From Eledone cirrhosa (Eukaryota), in NCBI GenBank assembly GCA_964016885.1, contig OZ024753.1, forward strand, positions 4,526,001-4,590,000: a DNA stretch of 64,000 nt. The letters run 5' to 3'. Position numbers and translations under genes: made by a program. Numbering within the stretch: the first letter of the stretch is position 1; each line of letters opens with the position of its first letter. Below, one piece after another: positions 13,169 through 29,000 of this stretch. The notes below the pieces were generated by a model. The model saw nothing but the letters and a program-made list of their open reading frames with translations, searched no databases and had not been told where the DNA came from.

Positions 13169-16100
13169 ATCTTCTGTCTGAACTGTCTGTACGTAGATCA
13201 GTATTGAGAATACGTGTTTAATATTATTTATTAAATATACAGTGGTTTATATCCCAAGTCGCACATCGTTGAAAGAGTTTCCTTTTTATATTTCATACTT
13301 GTGTATCGAAGTTTGGTTGGATATTTTGTGAGGAATATGTAAAAACATATACAAGACTGTAACATATGCTTTATCTACTCCATATCTCTCTCTAACCTGT
13401 GAAATGAATTGATAACTGAAAGGTATTTTCATGTCAATTATCTGGAAAGATTTCGCCACAGTGTTCTGATTATATGCAGCATGTAACAAAAATCCCCACT
13501 CGGATGTGAACATTTTAATAGGCTAATGATTAATTTCCTCAGGTTAGCTGTAACCATGACAGATAATGAACATTATCCAAAGAATCTTCTTGTTTTCATC
13601 CACGGTCTGTAATGACAACTGCCAACTTTAATTGGATAAGGGGAGACACAAGCTTCCTAGTGCAGAATTAAACGACATCTATTAACTGCATATAAACAGA
13701 CAAACAAAATATCATTGCATAATATCAAATTATAAAACCAAGTGTACATAACAAAATAACTTAACAAAACCTCCTCCAGCGCTTATTAGCATAACTTTCA
13801 AATTCTATAATGTGATTGATGGGAATATTTTGTCTCAAAAAATAAAATGCAAAAAATATATATAAAGGCTGTTTGAACGCACTCACACGCACGTACATCC
13901 ACATGCACTTATGTTTAAAGGAAATCGCTTTTATTAAAATACAAACGGCTAATTTTTAGGACACTCACTGAGGCATTGAATCGATTAGTAAATTACATGG
14001 GCTGAGTAGAATATAGGAAATATTGAAATGGCAAATGAAATACTTAAGCGATTTAATTTCTTTTTCACCTTTTTCCCTTCATTTAAATATGACAGTGTTG
14101 TAAAGATTATTTTATATTAGCTTTAGTAAGACACTTCTGATGAGAGAATGGAGATTACTTCCATCACACTTCATCCTGTCTAAAACTCACTGAGCTAATA
14201 GTTAATGCTTGTCACGTATAGTTGAGGCCTTTATTGATAAATGCAATTTACATTTAGAAATATTTTTTTACATGTTCAGTTTTTCATTTATTTATGTAAT
14301 TATTTATTCGATGCTATTTTTTTAAACGTTTTCTTTTTTTATCTCATTCAGATTATTCATGGCTGTAGTTAACAAATCTTGAATAGATGAAATACTTGTC
14401 AATATTGAGATCGTTCCTGAATATATGTGAAAAATATCTGTTCATTGAAAGTCATTTAAGAAAGATTATAAAATTTCTATGATGGAATAATGTAATTAAA
14501 TAGTTTAGGAAATCTGATTGTATTTAGTGTTTTATAAATACGACCATTAAACTGGGTTCTGTTTTACTTTAGGTGTTATGTGAAAAGGATAAACTTTCCA
14601 AAGATTTACATGTTCTCTCTCTCAATCTCCTACACACAACATACACGCATTCGCAAATATATATGCATAAGCATATCTATAAAATCCAGTTACAGTCTCT
14701 CCAGTAGTTCTGAAAATATATCAAACAGGGATAATTACGTACCAAGTGGTATTAGATTCAAGCCTCTTCTCACTCTCTAACTTTCTATTTCACCTTTATT
14801 TCTCATTCTCTCTTCCGATGTAGGACTAGTTTCTGAAACATAACATCTGATTTCCTACTACATCAGGCGTTAAACTAATATAATTCTTCGTTGTACTATG
14901 ATGTTTGCTCTTCTCTTTCTGTTTACGTTTTACGTATTGATATATATATATATATATAAATATGTATGCAGGTATATGTGAAAGTCTGTGTGTATATTTT
15001 GATATTAGGGATTTACAGTAACAGGAACATCAAATATATAGTTGATTTGCGGTTAAAATGAGCATGTACGGGTTTCGGCCAATGTGTATGGCATAAAGTG
15101 TATGCAAACGACACGTCCCTGCAGAACACTGTTGAAAATTGTCCAACATTTTCTGAGTGTATACGTATATAATTGGGTTTTATACCTGAAACATAATATT
15201 TTCATATATTTATCGCGTTATCAAGATGTACATATTTAACAGTCACTTCAACAGATGAAACTTGTATTGATCTTATTATATTTAGTAATGGTTTGTCTTT
15301 TTATAATTTCCACATATTGATCTAGATGTGTTTGTTGTTTCTTAGCTGTTGGCAATAAATCTCTTTTAACTGCACCAAACTACTTCACAATCTTTTAAAT
15401 ATTAATATTATCTTTTTCTTTAAGATTCACAGTTTTCTGTTTTTCTTTCGTTTTTGTTATAATTTCTCTTCATAACTAGAGCCATCATATGAATGATTCT
15501 CGTTGTTTCTGTTTCAAGTAATGAACTTTATTTAACACTCATATATCTTATTTGCATAATATATGATCTGAAATTTAGGCGTTTGGTGTTTTAATTCATA
15601 TATATATATATTGCCTCTGGCGATATTGCTGGTGGGAAAAATTTTCAGATTTAGAGGACCACAGTCACTTCTACCACAAGAAGCGGGAACATCCCAAACC
15701 CACATGGTTACAAGCATCACGAAACCACTTATAACTTTGATGAACAGATTTACGTAACCAAACATATGTATATACGCGTATATATATATGTCCATATACT
15801 GCGCTCCACGTGGGGTGTAACTAATAAATATATATTTATTCCACGCACCATCTACTTAAATTTGGCTGACATCTATTGTTGGTAGTTTAGTAAGAGGGAA
15901 AAGAAATCGTTTTGCATACGCAATATTTAAACGTAAATGATATTTTACTGGAACCCTTATTTATCTATCATTGACCGATTCTATGATATTTAGAACTGTA
16001 AAGAGACTTTAGTTAGAGTATACACTGTATTATTGCAACATTCGTGCTCGCTATAATACATCCAACGAGGTATATTACTTGAATAAGAAATATACCTTGT

Positions 16101-16793
16101 TTTCACACAATGTTTGCAGTGGATGGATGAAATACGCTCACCACTATAAAAGAAACATATTATTTACAAACACACTTTAGAGAGATTAGCGATTGTTTTC
16201 GGTAGATATTACAGCTCTGGTATTTAGTTCTCGCTCTAGAAGATTGTCAATAGTTGAATACGTTTATTAAACATAATTTAATCAACAACTCTAATTGAAT
16301 ATAGATGCAACTTTCTAGTCATATTTCATCATTTTCATTTCATCCAAACTTAATTTGACTATGATAAGTTGTGTAAACAGATTTTCTGTTGAAAACAATC
16401 GATGTGAGGTATATTTGAAAACAAATAAGGAAAAAAACAGAATTGTATTAAATATTCATTGAGATTCTTTAGAAAGTTGAATGTATTAATACTTCAAAAC
16501 ATTATAGAGATTTTATCGTAATATAACACGTATTTATTTTATTTTCTATGCAATAACGTTACGTGCCTTTTAATTAAAGATTATTTAGGGTAGCTACAAT
16601 CTAGATAATGACATTATATGCATCTATTGTGCTTATGCATTTAATTAAAAACACCGCAATACTAGATACCTTGTTGTGGATTCATATCTTTCACGTACAA
16701 AAATGTAATATGAAATTTTATAATATAAGCGAATCACTGCAAAGAGCGTTTCTAGATTCGCAGTTATAGAATATCAGATAGTCGACAAATAAT

Positions 16794-16975
16794 TGTTTCT
16801 ACTTTTGGCCCAAGGCCAGCAATTACCCAGTGTATTACTGGTACTTTATTTTATCGACCCCGTAAGGATGAAAGGCAATGTTAACCTCGGCGGGATTTGA
16901 ACTCAGAATGGCAAGGGCCGTAACTCAATGCATCAAAGCATGGCGTCCGACCCTCTACTGCCAATCCAAATGGCC
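16794..16975 (-). mobile_element. Meta/MESC-core tRNA SINE
   Basis: Near full-length copy with TSD gtcgacaaataat (16781 and 16976). Confidence 0.92.
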
Positions 16976-17131
16976 GTCGACAAATAATACAAAGCTATTC
17001 GAATATATCAGATCCCGATGGATGGGCAGCACAGAGATGGTTATACTCATGTTTCTCCATATGATGTTGATTGCTAATTCCTATCTTTCCCTCGCCAAAA
17101 AGTTAGATTATTTTCAAATATTCATGTTCAT

Positions 17132-17167
<36 letters not shown>

Positions 17168-17171
<4 letters not shown>

Positions 17172-17358
17172 TGTGACTCTATACATTACAAGACAACCCG
17201 ATGAATGCGAGAAATTTCTCCAGGAAAGTTAACCAGGAATCTACCGAAGTTAACAAAGAACTTACTAGATCTACAAACCAAATTGTAAAATTATTACATT
17301 ATAAAATTAAATTAAATTGTTTAGAACTACAAGTAAAGTCATTATTTTCCTTTTTTAA

Positions 17359-17362
<4 letters not shown>
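17168..17362 (+). mobile_element. TA-flanked insert with degraded HHR motif
   Basis: 17191-17242: CCGATGA-a-tg.gagaa/at/ttctc.ca-g-GAAA-gttaac-CA; palindromic stem III, but the cleavage triplet and stem I are imperfect. Confidence 0.4.
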
Positions 17363-18108
<746 letters not shown>

Positions 18109-18775
18109 GGTATTTGAAGCAATACATGTGTTAAGATGAGAATATTTTGATATTTCTTGCACAATCCAACGTAGCTTCTCTCCTAAAATTACAATATTCT
18201 GTTTTGCCTCTATTAAATCAATGTCCTGAAATTGAATATCATGTTAAAGGTGTCATGATATTCATTATGTATATATCCAAATGATATATTTAAAAGACAT
18301 TTTTTAGCCTTTCGTATTCACGAAAGATTTTCTTATTTTTTCATCAAAACAACATTAAATGAAATGTTATTCGATCCTTGAGATTAAAATGTTCTATATT
18401 TTGTGCAAGTGCATGCACTAAAGTTAATTACTAAAATGTATACTATGTTTTTATCATTTAAATTTCAACAACTATCGAAAATAGTTTTCGCAAAGATAAT
18501 AGATTTACACGAACAAGCGTTTGCGATGTACATTCCATTAAACATCTGTTTTGGAATAACTGAAAGTAATTGCAGTATAAATCACGTTTGGATTAATATT
18601 GACTTATATTGTTAGATTTACAAATTTGTCATTTGAAATTAATGCAATCACGTTAGCTGTTATTACTTGAAAATATTTCATTTTGATATTCCACCAACGT
18701 TACAGAAATACAGAACACAAAATCATTGAATTCATCAAATATCAACATAACTGATTTTAATTAAAGCACACTTTA

Positions 18776-18925
18776 AGGGTGGTGTATTGGCAGTACCGGT
18801 AGAGAGTCAGACACCATTATTTTCAGCATAGAGTTATGGCCTTCTACGTTCTGAGTTCAAATCCCGCCGAGGTTAGTTTTGCCTTTCATTCTTACGGAGT
18901 CGATAAGATAAACAATTAAAGTACA
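18776..18925 (+). mobile_element. Meta/MESC-core tRNA SINE, 3'-truncated
   Basis: ggtggtgtattggcagtaccggtagag head, gagttcaaatcccgccgagg, core. Confidence 0.85.
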
Positions 18926-19170
18926 CCTTCTGACATAAGAAAAGAGAATATAACACGCCTTTGGAAACTCAAAATATGTGAATATCATTGGATACAAATG
19001 ATTGCATATCGATATTCATTCACGTACAGTTATGGGGTTATGAGTGACAAAGAGATGGTAGCGGCTATGTGGTATGTTCTGTCTTCTGTTGATCATTGAT
19101 ACGATTAATAATCAGGGTGTAAAACTATATATTCTATTATTCCATTCTCTCTCCCATTCTCTCTCCCAAT

Positions 19171-19213
<43 letters not shown>

Positions 19214-21697
19214 ATATATATATATAAATATATACATATATAACGTTTATACATTTCAATGGCGAATTTCTATTTCTCTTCCTCCGTCTTTACTTCTCTC
19301 TTTTTCTCTTTTGTCTTATTTCGTTAAACCTTTCTACATCTCCAGCTTCTTATTTCCTGTTTTTGCGGTCAAGCTTTTTCCGGTATACTGTTCAATTGTT
19401 GACGTCGCTAGAATTTCTTTCCCTCCATTGTCACTAATACAAAAAAAAGCTTTGCTTCCTTCAGGCTTTTCCCACCTGAGGTCATTGACACGTCCTATTT
19501 ACGTTCGAAATAGTCTATTTGTTTTGTTCAGGCTGCTTTTCTTTGCAACAATCACCTGTTTGTTACAGAATATTTCGGTAGGTATCACATTTTCGTGTCT
19601 CTCAATTGTAAACATTTGTCAAAGGTCTCTCATATTCTGTATATTCGTTTATTGCTTTGTCTATTCAGTAGTGGCTAGAGCTTTATAAGCTCCTAATGCA
19701 GCTGTAGTACCGAGTCCTACGTTACGCATCGAAACTGGGTGTTACTTAACCTACGTAACCTTGTTAAATCGGAGGCTGAAGGAGCATTATTTTCCGATTG
19801 TCTGAGACACTTTGGTCTATTTGTCCCCATTGTGTACATTCACTTATCTTTCCTTGATTGTAAACTCACGCAAATTTTGTTTCTCGCTTCATTTCTTTCT
19901 CTCTCATTCTCTTTTTCGCACTCGCTCTTCCATATAAAAACTCTCTTGTATCTTATTTCTTTCTGATCTTCCTTCCAAGTTACTACATATACCAATATCC
20001 TCCAGCATTCTCTGTCACCTCACCATTTGCTTTTATGGCCGATTTTCGAAAATCTTGTTTCTACACATACACAGATATATAGACACAAACACACAACCCT
20101 ACACATACACACACACGCTCCTACACATACACGCACACATGCTCCTACGCATACACGCACGTATATATATAGAGAGATATAAAAAGAATGAGATAGAGTG
20201 GAAGAGAGAGAGAGTGAGGACTTGAAAATATATCAGGCGCAATATTTATCTATAACCCCAAAACAACTGGTAAATGCAAGTATTTTTCAGTTATTGTAAA
20301 CCGATACTTGAGGTGCCTCAATTCCACGTAAAATTAACTGGAAATATCCCTCTAACATAGTAGTTGAACTGAGTTTTGTATTTTCTAATATAAATGCATA
20401 TAATTCCCTTTTATCTCATATGTAATAACATGTGGAGAAACAATAATTGAAAATCCTTAAGAATAGCCGAAACCCAAATGTCAGTCGAGTGCAAAGCAAC
20501 ATTGACCGTCTGTGTTATTTACGCTGCATTTGATTTTATGGAAGTTAATGATAATTGAATTAAGCAACTATCAGAAGTAAGTTAACATGTGATATTTGAT
20601 TATTTCATACACGCAAACAAACTATTGTTTGTTGAATGACTATTCAAGTTTAGAACATTTGGTTTACCATTATATTAAGATGAAGTGGTTAAAGAGAGGA
20701 TATGCATACATAATTGCTTATAGGTTTCAAGGAAACATTGAAATAGATACACTGCAAGGCATTTTGGAATACCTATGAGTATACGCTATTGTCAAAATAA
20801 CAATGAGTATACGCTATTGTCAAAAGCAAGATGTATGACTTCAGCAACTATTGAAATCATAGGACCGCGTTCGTTCACAAAATATCGAGATGTTTGGAAC
20901 TGAATGAAAAAAGTACCCCAGAATAGAAAATCGTATAAACTAAGGTTTAATTGTAATTACTAACTTTTAATGTTTAAAGTAAATGGTAAATTTTCTTGTA
21001 CTTAATGATGGAGTTATAGATTAACAAAAGGAAATGTTTTATCTAAAGCACAATTAGTATAAAGTATCAATCCTTGAATTCGGAAACAAATTACAAATTC
21101 TATATTACCTTACTGTAAGCAATTCCCTCACTGATTACAGGCGCGAGGCTTACAAAAAAATGCATGTTACCCTAGCAAGCTGTTATAAGCTAAATTTCAA
21201 GACGAATCAAAAGGTCTACAGTAGTTCAAGGTCACCAGTTAGTAAACATTATTATAATACAATTAACAAGAAGAAAACAAACTATTATTTCAAAATCAAG
21301 AATGAACAAAAACACGTGAAAATATGCGTTGATTGGTATAAAAAAAGAAGCCGACAATTCGGCCTTGAATCTCAGAGTATCACAATTTAAGATTTTGTAG
21401 GGTTTGAAATATATAAAGAATTGTTGTTATTGTATGAATTCGAACAATAAAATTTACACCTCCGCACATTTTAACAATGTACTAAAATATTATGGAAAAT
21501 TTTGATATTCAATTGCTGTTTTAATATCCAAAATATCTTTGGATATTTCCCAAACTTTTTTTTTTTTTTGTTTAATATTTATTTTTCTACGTTAAGTAAA
21601 ATTATAAAAACCACGGATTCTATAATACTTATTCTGAATAAGAATGTTGTACTAATACTTCGATGAAAACAATTCAACCGTCATAGTACGTGCTCAC

Positions 21698-21884
21698 CTT
21701 CCAGGCGGATGTTTTAATTCCTGAGTGTGTATACAATGACAACATTACTAAGAGTCGGTGTTGCCGGAAGGTTAGACTTATAACACGTCTTGAAATATAC
21801 CAAACCCCATTAGCGATGTACTTCGGGATCTTCTCAGTCAGGTGTGATATATAACCTCCAACGAATCATCTCAGATCGGAAAAT
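21698..21884 (-). other. Candidate non-coding or 5'UTR exon
   Basis: Acceptor tttttcttttttAG and donor aag/GTGAGC bracket a 187-nt, relatively GC-rich segment; stops in all three frames. Confidence 0.3.
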
Positions 21885-21949
21885 CTAAAAAAGAAAAACG
21901 CAGGAGGACATGAATACAATTGGTTGTTAATAAGCGATGTTAATACATT

Positions 21950-22120
21950 ATAATATAATAAAATATGATGTAATATAACATATTCTATTATAAAATATAT
22001 ATAATATAATAAAATAATATAATATGATATAATACAATACACTATAATATAGTATAATATGATATAATATAATATAATATAATATAATATAATATAATAT
22101 AATATAATATAATATAATAA
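21950..22120. repeat. (TAATA)n pentanucleotide repeat
   Basis: Directly visible. Confidence 0.9.
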
Positions 22121-22700
22121 CATTGTCTTACATCAAATATTGTATGGTAAGATTTAGATAAAATTCAGATGTATTTATATTTCATATTTTACCTATATTT
22201 TCCTGTAATTAGATTAGATTTTGAACAAAAATTCGGTAACAGATTAATGTAATAGATGTTTGTAAATGTCTGTGTGCCAAAACAAAACTTTCATATATAA
22301 ACGAATAAATAAAAAATATTTTTGTTTTCTGAAGCGAATCTAATTTCAAGACGTGTTTTATTAAAAACATTTCAGTGTTTTTTAATGATTTTCTTTATTT
22401 TCAATAGGAAACACTGGATATACGTAAGGATATTTAAAGGGCTGACAGTAGGTTTTGTATGAATATCTGTCGAAAATAGTTTGATATTTTCAAATCTGAC
22501 CTGCCAAATTAAATGCAACTTTTAATCGCGCGCGACTTATGAGCCATCAAACACGAAACACACACGTACACATACACACACATAATACGACCTTTTTACC
22601 TCCTGGCATCCCTATCATCCATCTATGAGTACAATCAACCGTAATATCAGTGTAATCAAAAGGTATCCATAAAGACATTCTGCTTCTCCTCTTTCAACTG

Positions 22701-22792
22701 ATCATCACCAACGGTCACCAACATCATCAGCAACATCTTCACCATCATCATCATCATCATCATCACCAACAACAGCATCACCATCATCATTA
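22701..22792. repeat. (CAT/CAC/CAA)n trinucleotide repeat
   Basis: Directly visible. Confidence 0.85.
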
Positions 22793-23178
22793 TTCTTATA
22801 GAGTCGACAATTATATTGGTTTATTTATGTACGTTGATACAAATTTTGAATCAATAGAGAAAAAAACGTGAGAATGGTGGATATATGTTTTGTAATGTAA
22901 ATTATAAAAAATATCGATCAAAAAACTGTTGCCATTAACAACAAGACTGTTTTAAGATAGATCACTGTTCGATAAACTGATAATGAGATTGTCATCACGC
23001 AATATTTGTTCTTTTATTCATGAGTTGTTTCCCTCTACAACTAATTATATTGAAAAAACATTGGAGACGTCACACAAACACAGGCGCACGCGTGTGTATA
23101 AGTACACGTGAGTGTATGTTAGTTTATACATACATATATATAATTATATATGTAAAGGTATGTGTGTATGTGTGCGTA

Positions 23179-23226
<48 letters not shown>

Positions 23227-24084
23227 AAATCAGGTTAAATGTGCAACACTTACATTTGTCCCAATATATGCGTTTCGCTGGGGAATTATCTCTTTGAAAT
23301 GTATGTTGTCAGAAGTCGAGTTCTGGCAACATACATTTCAGAATATGTTGGAATCACGAGCTGAAAGAGTATTTACCAAACGAAACAAGCGTATTGGATA
23401 GATGGAAATGTTGAGAATGTAATCTAATCTTGTATATGACTGAGTGCACTGCCAATATCGGATATATTTTAAAGATATTCACGGGACTATATATATATAT
23501 ATATATAAATATATATATATAAACATTGCGTCGCAATATGCACTGGAATGAATAGTTTCAAGTTTGATGTACTGAAATCATAGTGATCTGAAGCGCCTAT
23601 CTGATGAGACAGGATTTCCGTATTTCTGTTTTTATTCATATTCGAATGACTAACCCACGCGAGTTGTATTTAAACTCACGTATAATTGACATTATGCTAC
23701 CCGGTATGTCTTCGATTCCCCCTTCCTACCTTTCTCATGTCTCCATGTCATTTTCTTTGTCTGTACGTCGAACTGTATTCCATATCCTTTTCCAGATATA
23801 TTTCCTATACTTTTGTATTTCTCTGTTTTGGCTAATCTACCATACACTCTTTCTTTTCAGTTGAAGCACTTTGTTTTAGTAAGCAATTTATTTTACATGT
23901 TTAGTCTTTATGTGTGTAATTCCTAACAAGGCACATCTTGTTCTGTGGCTGACTGATTTTGTTGCATTCAAATGTTCACTTGCTGCAGTGAAACTGAAAA
24001 TGCAACCCTTCCTATAGGTTGTATAAGAAGGCAATGTCCGGAATTCCATATTTTTCACCGTTGTGTTCGTGTTGTTTTGGACCC

Positions 24085-24122
<38 letters not shown>

Positions 24123-26416
24123 TTTTTTTATATTTTCTATATCCTTTGTCAAACTCATTAATTTTATCGATCACACCGACCATATTACATATTTTGTTTC
24201 AAATATGGAATTTATTATTATTTGCAACTATATATTTTTCTCCTCAAATTTGCAGGTAATTGTTATCAGTACAAGTTTCTCACAAACTATTATGTATGTA
24301 TGCTCGGCCATGAATATTTTGATAAAGAACATCAACACTGTATATACTCAGTCACACACAAACGAAGGAAAGAGAGAGAAAAAAGTAAAGAAAGGAAACG
24401 ATATATCGGAATCACTAAACAAAATATCTACAACAAACAAAGTAAGACCCCCACAAGGAATTGATTTTAAACAAGAAAACAGAACATCACAATGAATATA
24501 AAGCTTATTCTTACACGGGAGATTTCTACAAACTTAAAAGCGAATCACTAAATACTAAATACAATCGGAACACTAAGTGGGAAAATTTATATACATATGT
24601 AGTTTAATTTTTACAAAACGCCGATAATAGAGCATGTGACATAAAACGAAGAAAAAAAAACGAAAACAGACGAAAATATAACATTGAAACAAGCCTGAAA
24701 CAAGCCATTTTATGCTTGGCACAAAGTCGGAAAAAAAGACACTCGACCATGTTCGGAGACAAGTTTAGCTCACACACATATAAATAGATAAAATGTAGGA
24801 AATGAAACAAAGAATCAAACAAAGGACAAACCACTAAGAAGTATTATTCCCTTTCTTCATAGTTTCTTTACACTCACCTTTGAAGTTTAAGTCATATATG
24901 CTACCACTTCTGTGATTACAACTTGTTTGTTTTGAAGTTAATTGCGAAATATTTACTAGCCAGTACGTCACAACATGCAGGTTAGATCCCCAATGTATAT
25001 ATTTTCCCTATACTCTTACATTGTTTCCTTCACATGAGTCCTGCTATCATGTTCATTTAAATCCTATTAAAACGTTGTGATTACAGTACTATACGTAGCT
25101 AAGCGTGGTATTTGTCTTCTTCTAGAGAACATATTCAGTATGTCATATCTATGCCGTCCTTAACTCCTTTGGTGTAGGAAATGCTTTTGCTGTTATCCAG
25201 ATTAAAGAGGGATATCCAGTGAAGACGAGGTAGTAAAAATTAGATCTACGTAAATTGAACACTCTGTATTGTTTTAAATGTTTCTTACTTGTTTGTAAAT
25301 TGTACTCATCTGGCCATAGATTATTTTGAATTAACCGAGAAATCGAATACAACTATAAGTGTAAATTAGACCCGATCCACAGGCTATCACAATTACAGGA
25401 TATTTTAGATATAAAGAATAAATAACATTCTATACTTACTTCCAATCTATTTATCAACTTCTACTATATAGCAGAAAGTTTCTAATTGGATCTCTTTAAT
25501 GGAAAATATAATTCTATATGCATTGCATATGTTTAGTTTTTTACATATTTATATGTGTATGTATATATGTGTTCAAAGGCAAGTGAAAGAATAGCTTTAA
25601 ACACAAATTTGTGGTTGATTTGAAAATATAATCTATAATCCTTTACAGATCTTTGCAAAAATGTAAACCACACACGACGAAAGCATCTAAGTTATTTCAT
25701 CACAAGTTTTGGTTTCTTTCGTTTTGTTATTTCGTCATGAAAACAAGACGTCAAACACCACATGACATATTATTGACACTTTCACTCACACACAAACATA
25801 CACATATACACTCACACATTCATATACACAAGCATACATAAATATATACAAACAGACATTTACATATACAAGTAACTTATTACCACCGTGTCGAAAGGAG
25901 TAATCGAAAATCGATACGAATCCACAATTAGGTATGGATTATCAATATATGGGATGGTAGTTTTATTTAATACCAAAACTTGCGGCTGATCCATGTATAT
26001 TGACAGTTGCTAGAGATATGAATATGTTGGGTCATATGGGAGGAATATTCATTGAATGTTTATCGTAAAGTAGATTTCACGCACGCGTATTTGAATTTAA
26101 TGCGATGAATGATGTTATGAATTGGTTAATAATCCGCTACTTATTAACTAATGAATACTTATTTATGTATCCATGTACATAGACACTGACACACCCCTCT
26201 AACACACAGACACACACACACATACACGCATACACACAAACAGACACACACATATATACATATATATATAGAGAGAGATATATAGATAGATATAGATATA
26301 TAGATATGTATATATATATAATTATATATCCATATAATATACATGCATACGTGTATATTGACACACACACTGTATAAAAACTTGTAGAAATATTTTACTT
26401 ATGCATTTTCCTAGTA

Positions 26417-26469
26417 AAACATGGTAAAACAATAACGAAACTAAGTTTCGTTATTGTTTTACCATGTTT
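26417..26469. repeat. Perfect 26-bp-arm palindrome
   Basis: aaacatggtaaaacaataacgaaact-a-agtttcgttattgttttaccatgttt. Confidence 0.95.
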
Positions 26470-27530
26470 AATGTAAAAAACCTTATTCACCCAAATCAAT
26501 GCATCACGTATTATTTGCTATACATTTCAAGCAGATGTGAGTATATATTGAAATATCATAATATGCTGTGTTCACAAGAACATGTATGACACAATCGTGG
26601 AGACATTTTTCCATTTATAGAAACAGAATCAAAGGAATTCTCCTTGAAACGTAATATTTGTAACGGAGACTCAGGGTTTAACATATAATGTCTGACGAAT
26701 CATTAAAATGATATTATCAGCCAATAGCTTCATCATAAAGAAAACCCTCTTTTTCTTACATATTGATCATTGGCATGCATTTTATTTTTCCATTACAGCA
26801 AATGAATATCCAGTGCATAATTATACATGAGTGGATTCATTTTCAGTTGCGCTCTAGATAATTTCATTTTCTAACCGTATTTATAAATCTCAGCCGCATG
26901 TGAATTTCGAGCCTCTTGAATAGCAATGTCCCATCAGCAAGGAAGAAATATATGTATAGACGTTTGTCTATAACAGTATTTTAACTACAAATAAAATATA
27001 TGGACAGGACCAAATTTATTTTCTTGCGATGTTTGTAAGAAAACATTTTTTATGGATTCGGAATTAGTTACGGACAAATGTAACCAAACTGGAGAAAATA
27101 TGTAAAATATATGCAAAACTGTTTGTTCCTAACTTAATTCAATAACGCATAAAATAATACGCTCTCTAGAAATGTGATCCACATTTTATTTCTGGTAACA
27201 AATAGACATATACAAACACAGAGATGAATAGGGAGATATATGCAATTGCACAACCACATACTTACACACACGCACTCAAGCATATATATCAAACAAGCAG
27301 ACTAAAAGACACAAAACTGCATACCCGTTTATTTATTCATAAAAATACATGTAACTCTGAAAGCACACAACAATTTGCTGCCAAGTAACATTCATTTATA
27401 AATATATGGTAAATATATGGATGGATGGTTAAATTGACAGACGAATAGAGGGATGGAGGAATATATATATATGTGTATGTTTGAGAGACTATATATATAT
27501 ATATATTACAGAGAGATTTTGGGATATAGT

Positions 27531-27704
27531 TGTTTCTACTTTGGGCACAAGGCCAGCAATTAACCAGTATATTACTGGTACTTTATTTTATCGACCCCGC
27601 AAGGATGAAAGGAAAAGTTTACCTCGACGGATTTGAACTCAGACCGTAATGGGACGTAACTATGTTGGAAAGCATGGCGTCCGACCCTCTACCGATACTG
27701 CCAA
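27531..27704 (-). mobile_element. Meta/MESC-core tRNA SINE
   Basis: Matches family; TSD-like gggatatagt on both sides. Confidence 0.92.
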
Positions 27705-28039
27705 ATTTGGGGATATAGTGTTTGGTAGATAGATCGGTTTCAAATATTTTCTGAACCATTTCATGAAGATGAAACAGTAAATTGAAATATTGTTGAAAAA
27801 TTCATACTCAATGGTGTTTCACAATAGCCTACGGAGTTTACCTGTCGACAGCATCTAAACATTCGTATTTATAATAAATATTCAATGTCATACTCTAATT
27901 TATAAATATATTATTATCATTTTTATGGAAGAAAGTTGTTTGTATAACTGTGCAGTTGGGGTGGGGGGATAGGAGACAAAGCTTGTTGCCTGCATACTTT
28001 ATAAGGTTTTATGGAATGAATAACGATCTATTTAATTTA

Positions 28040-29000
28040 AGAGAGACAAGAGTCCAGCGACGCTCCAAAGGCTTTTTATTATTTGCCCACATATTCTTGT
28101 GGGCAGAATCGTCAATCAAACCTTCCAGCGGATGCTGTCAAAAGCAACTGTCTCCAAAATATCCGGTCTGATCCCCAAGTAGGGCTAGTTGACTTCTGGA
28201 TGTTATCAAGCAATCTTTCTCGCGGCCTAATCTTGGTTCACCTGCTGACTAGTGTAGCCCTTTAACATCATCTGTCCTACGATAGTTTCCTGAAGCATTC
28301 TGATAATATGTCAGTAGTATCGTAGCTGTGATTGCTCAAAACATAGCCGTAGTGCTTCTATTTGGAGCCAATCCCTGATCTCTGAGATACACAATCTATC
28401 GCGTAACGTTACTGCAACGACACTCCAGGGGAACATCATTTCAGACCTTGTATGCGCGATCGTATTCTTTCAGTCATTACCCACGATTCATCACCATAGG
28501 TAAAGGTTGGCACGAATACCCACCTGAAGATAACGAGTCTAGCTTTTACTCCACCCTTCTTTCATCAGTTGAACGAAAGCTGTAGATGGCGCATTACTGC
28601 ACAAGCTCCCGCAATTATTGTCACTAATTCAACCTCCTGGCCCCCATCTCTTGTGGAAACCACCACGAGATTACTTAAACATCAAAAGATGTGCTTCAAG
28701 TGAACACCATTCCCTGTGCAGACTTCCTTGAGTGGACAAGGGACTCAATCTTCGCTGTAAGGATTTTCATTCCTACCATGAAAAACCGGGCAGCTATACC
28801 ATCTGAAATATGTGGATGATCACTTACCGACGGGTTAAATAGTAACATGCCATCTGCAAATTTCAGCCGACAGATCCGACACTTGCTGTCTTGATACCAC
28901 AACTTTCAACCCTACAGCACATGTCAAATTTGTTTATGAAGATTATAACTATGAGGGCTGACAGAACGCACACGGGATATAGTCCGACTCCCACTATTAA
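28040..29000 (-). pseudogene. Decayed RTE-clade LINE reverse transcriptase fragment
   Basis: Minus-strand VGVGLYPVCVLSALIVIIFINKF (QG-x-LSP-like), KFADG (YADD-like), GMKILTAKIESLV, VFVPTFTYGDESWVMTERIRSR. Confidence 0.88.

Noticed and set aside
14800-14940. Possible old PLE end next to (TA)n (ccgatgt-agga..ttct-gaaa)
   Set aside because: Core and stems too degraded to support
23950-24000. ctgattt-tgttgca..tgcagt-GAAA resembling the family B helix II
   Set aside because: Core lacks G8/A9 and no stem I or III is evident
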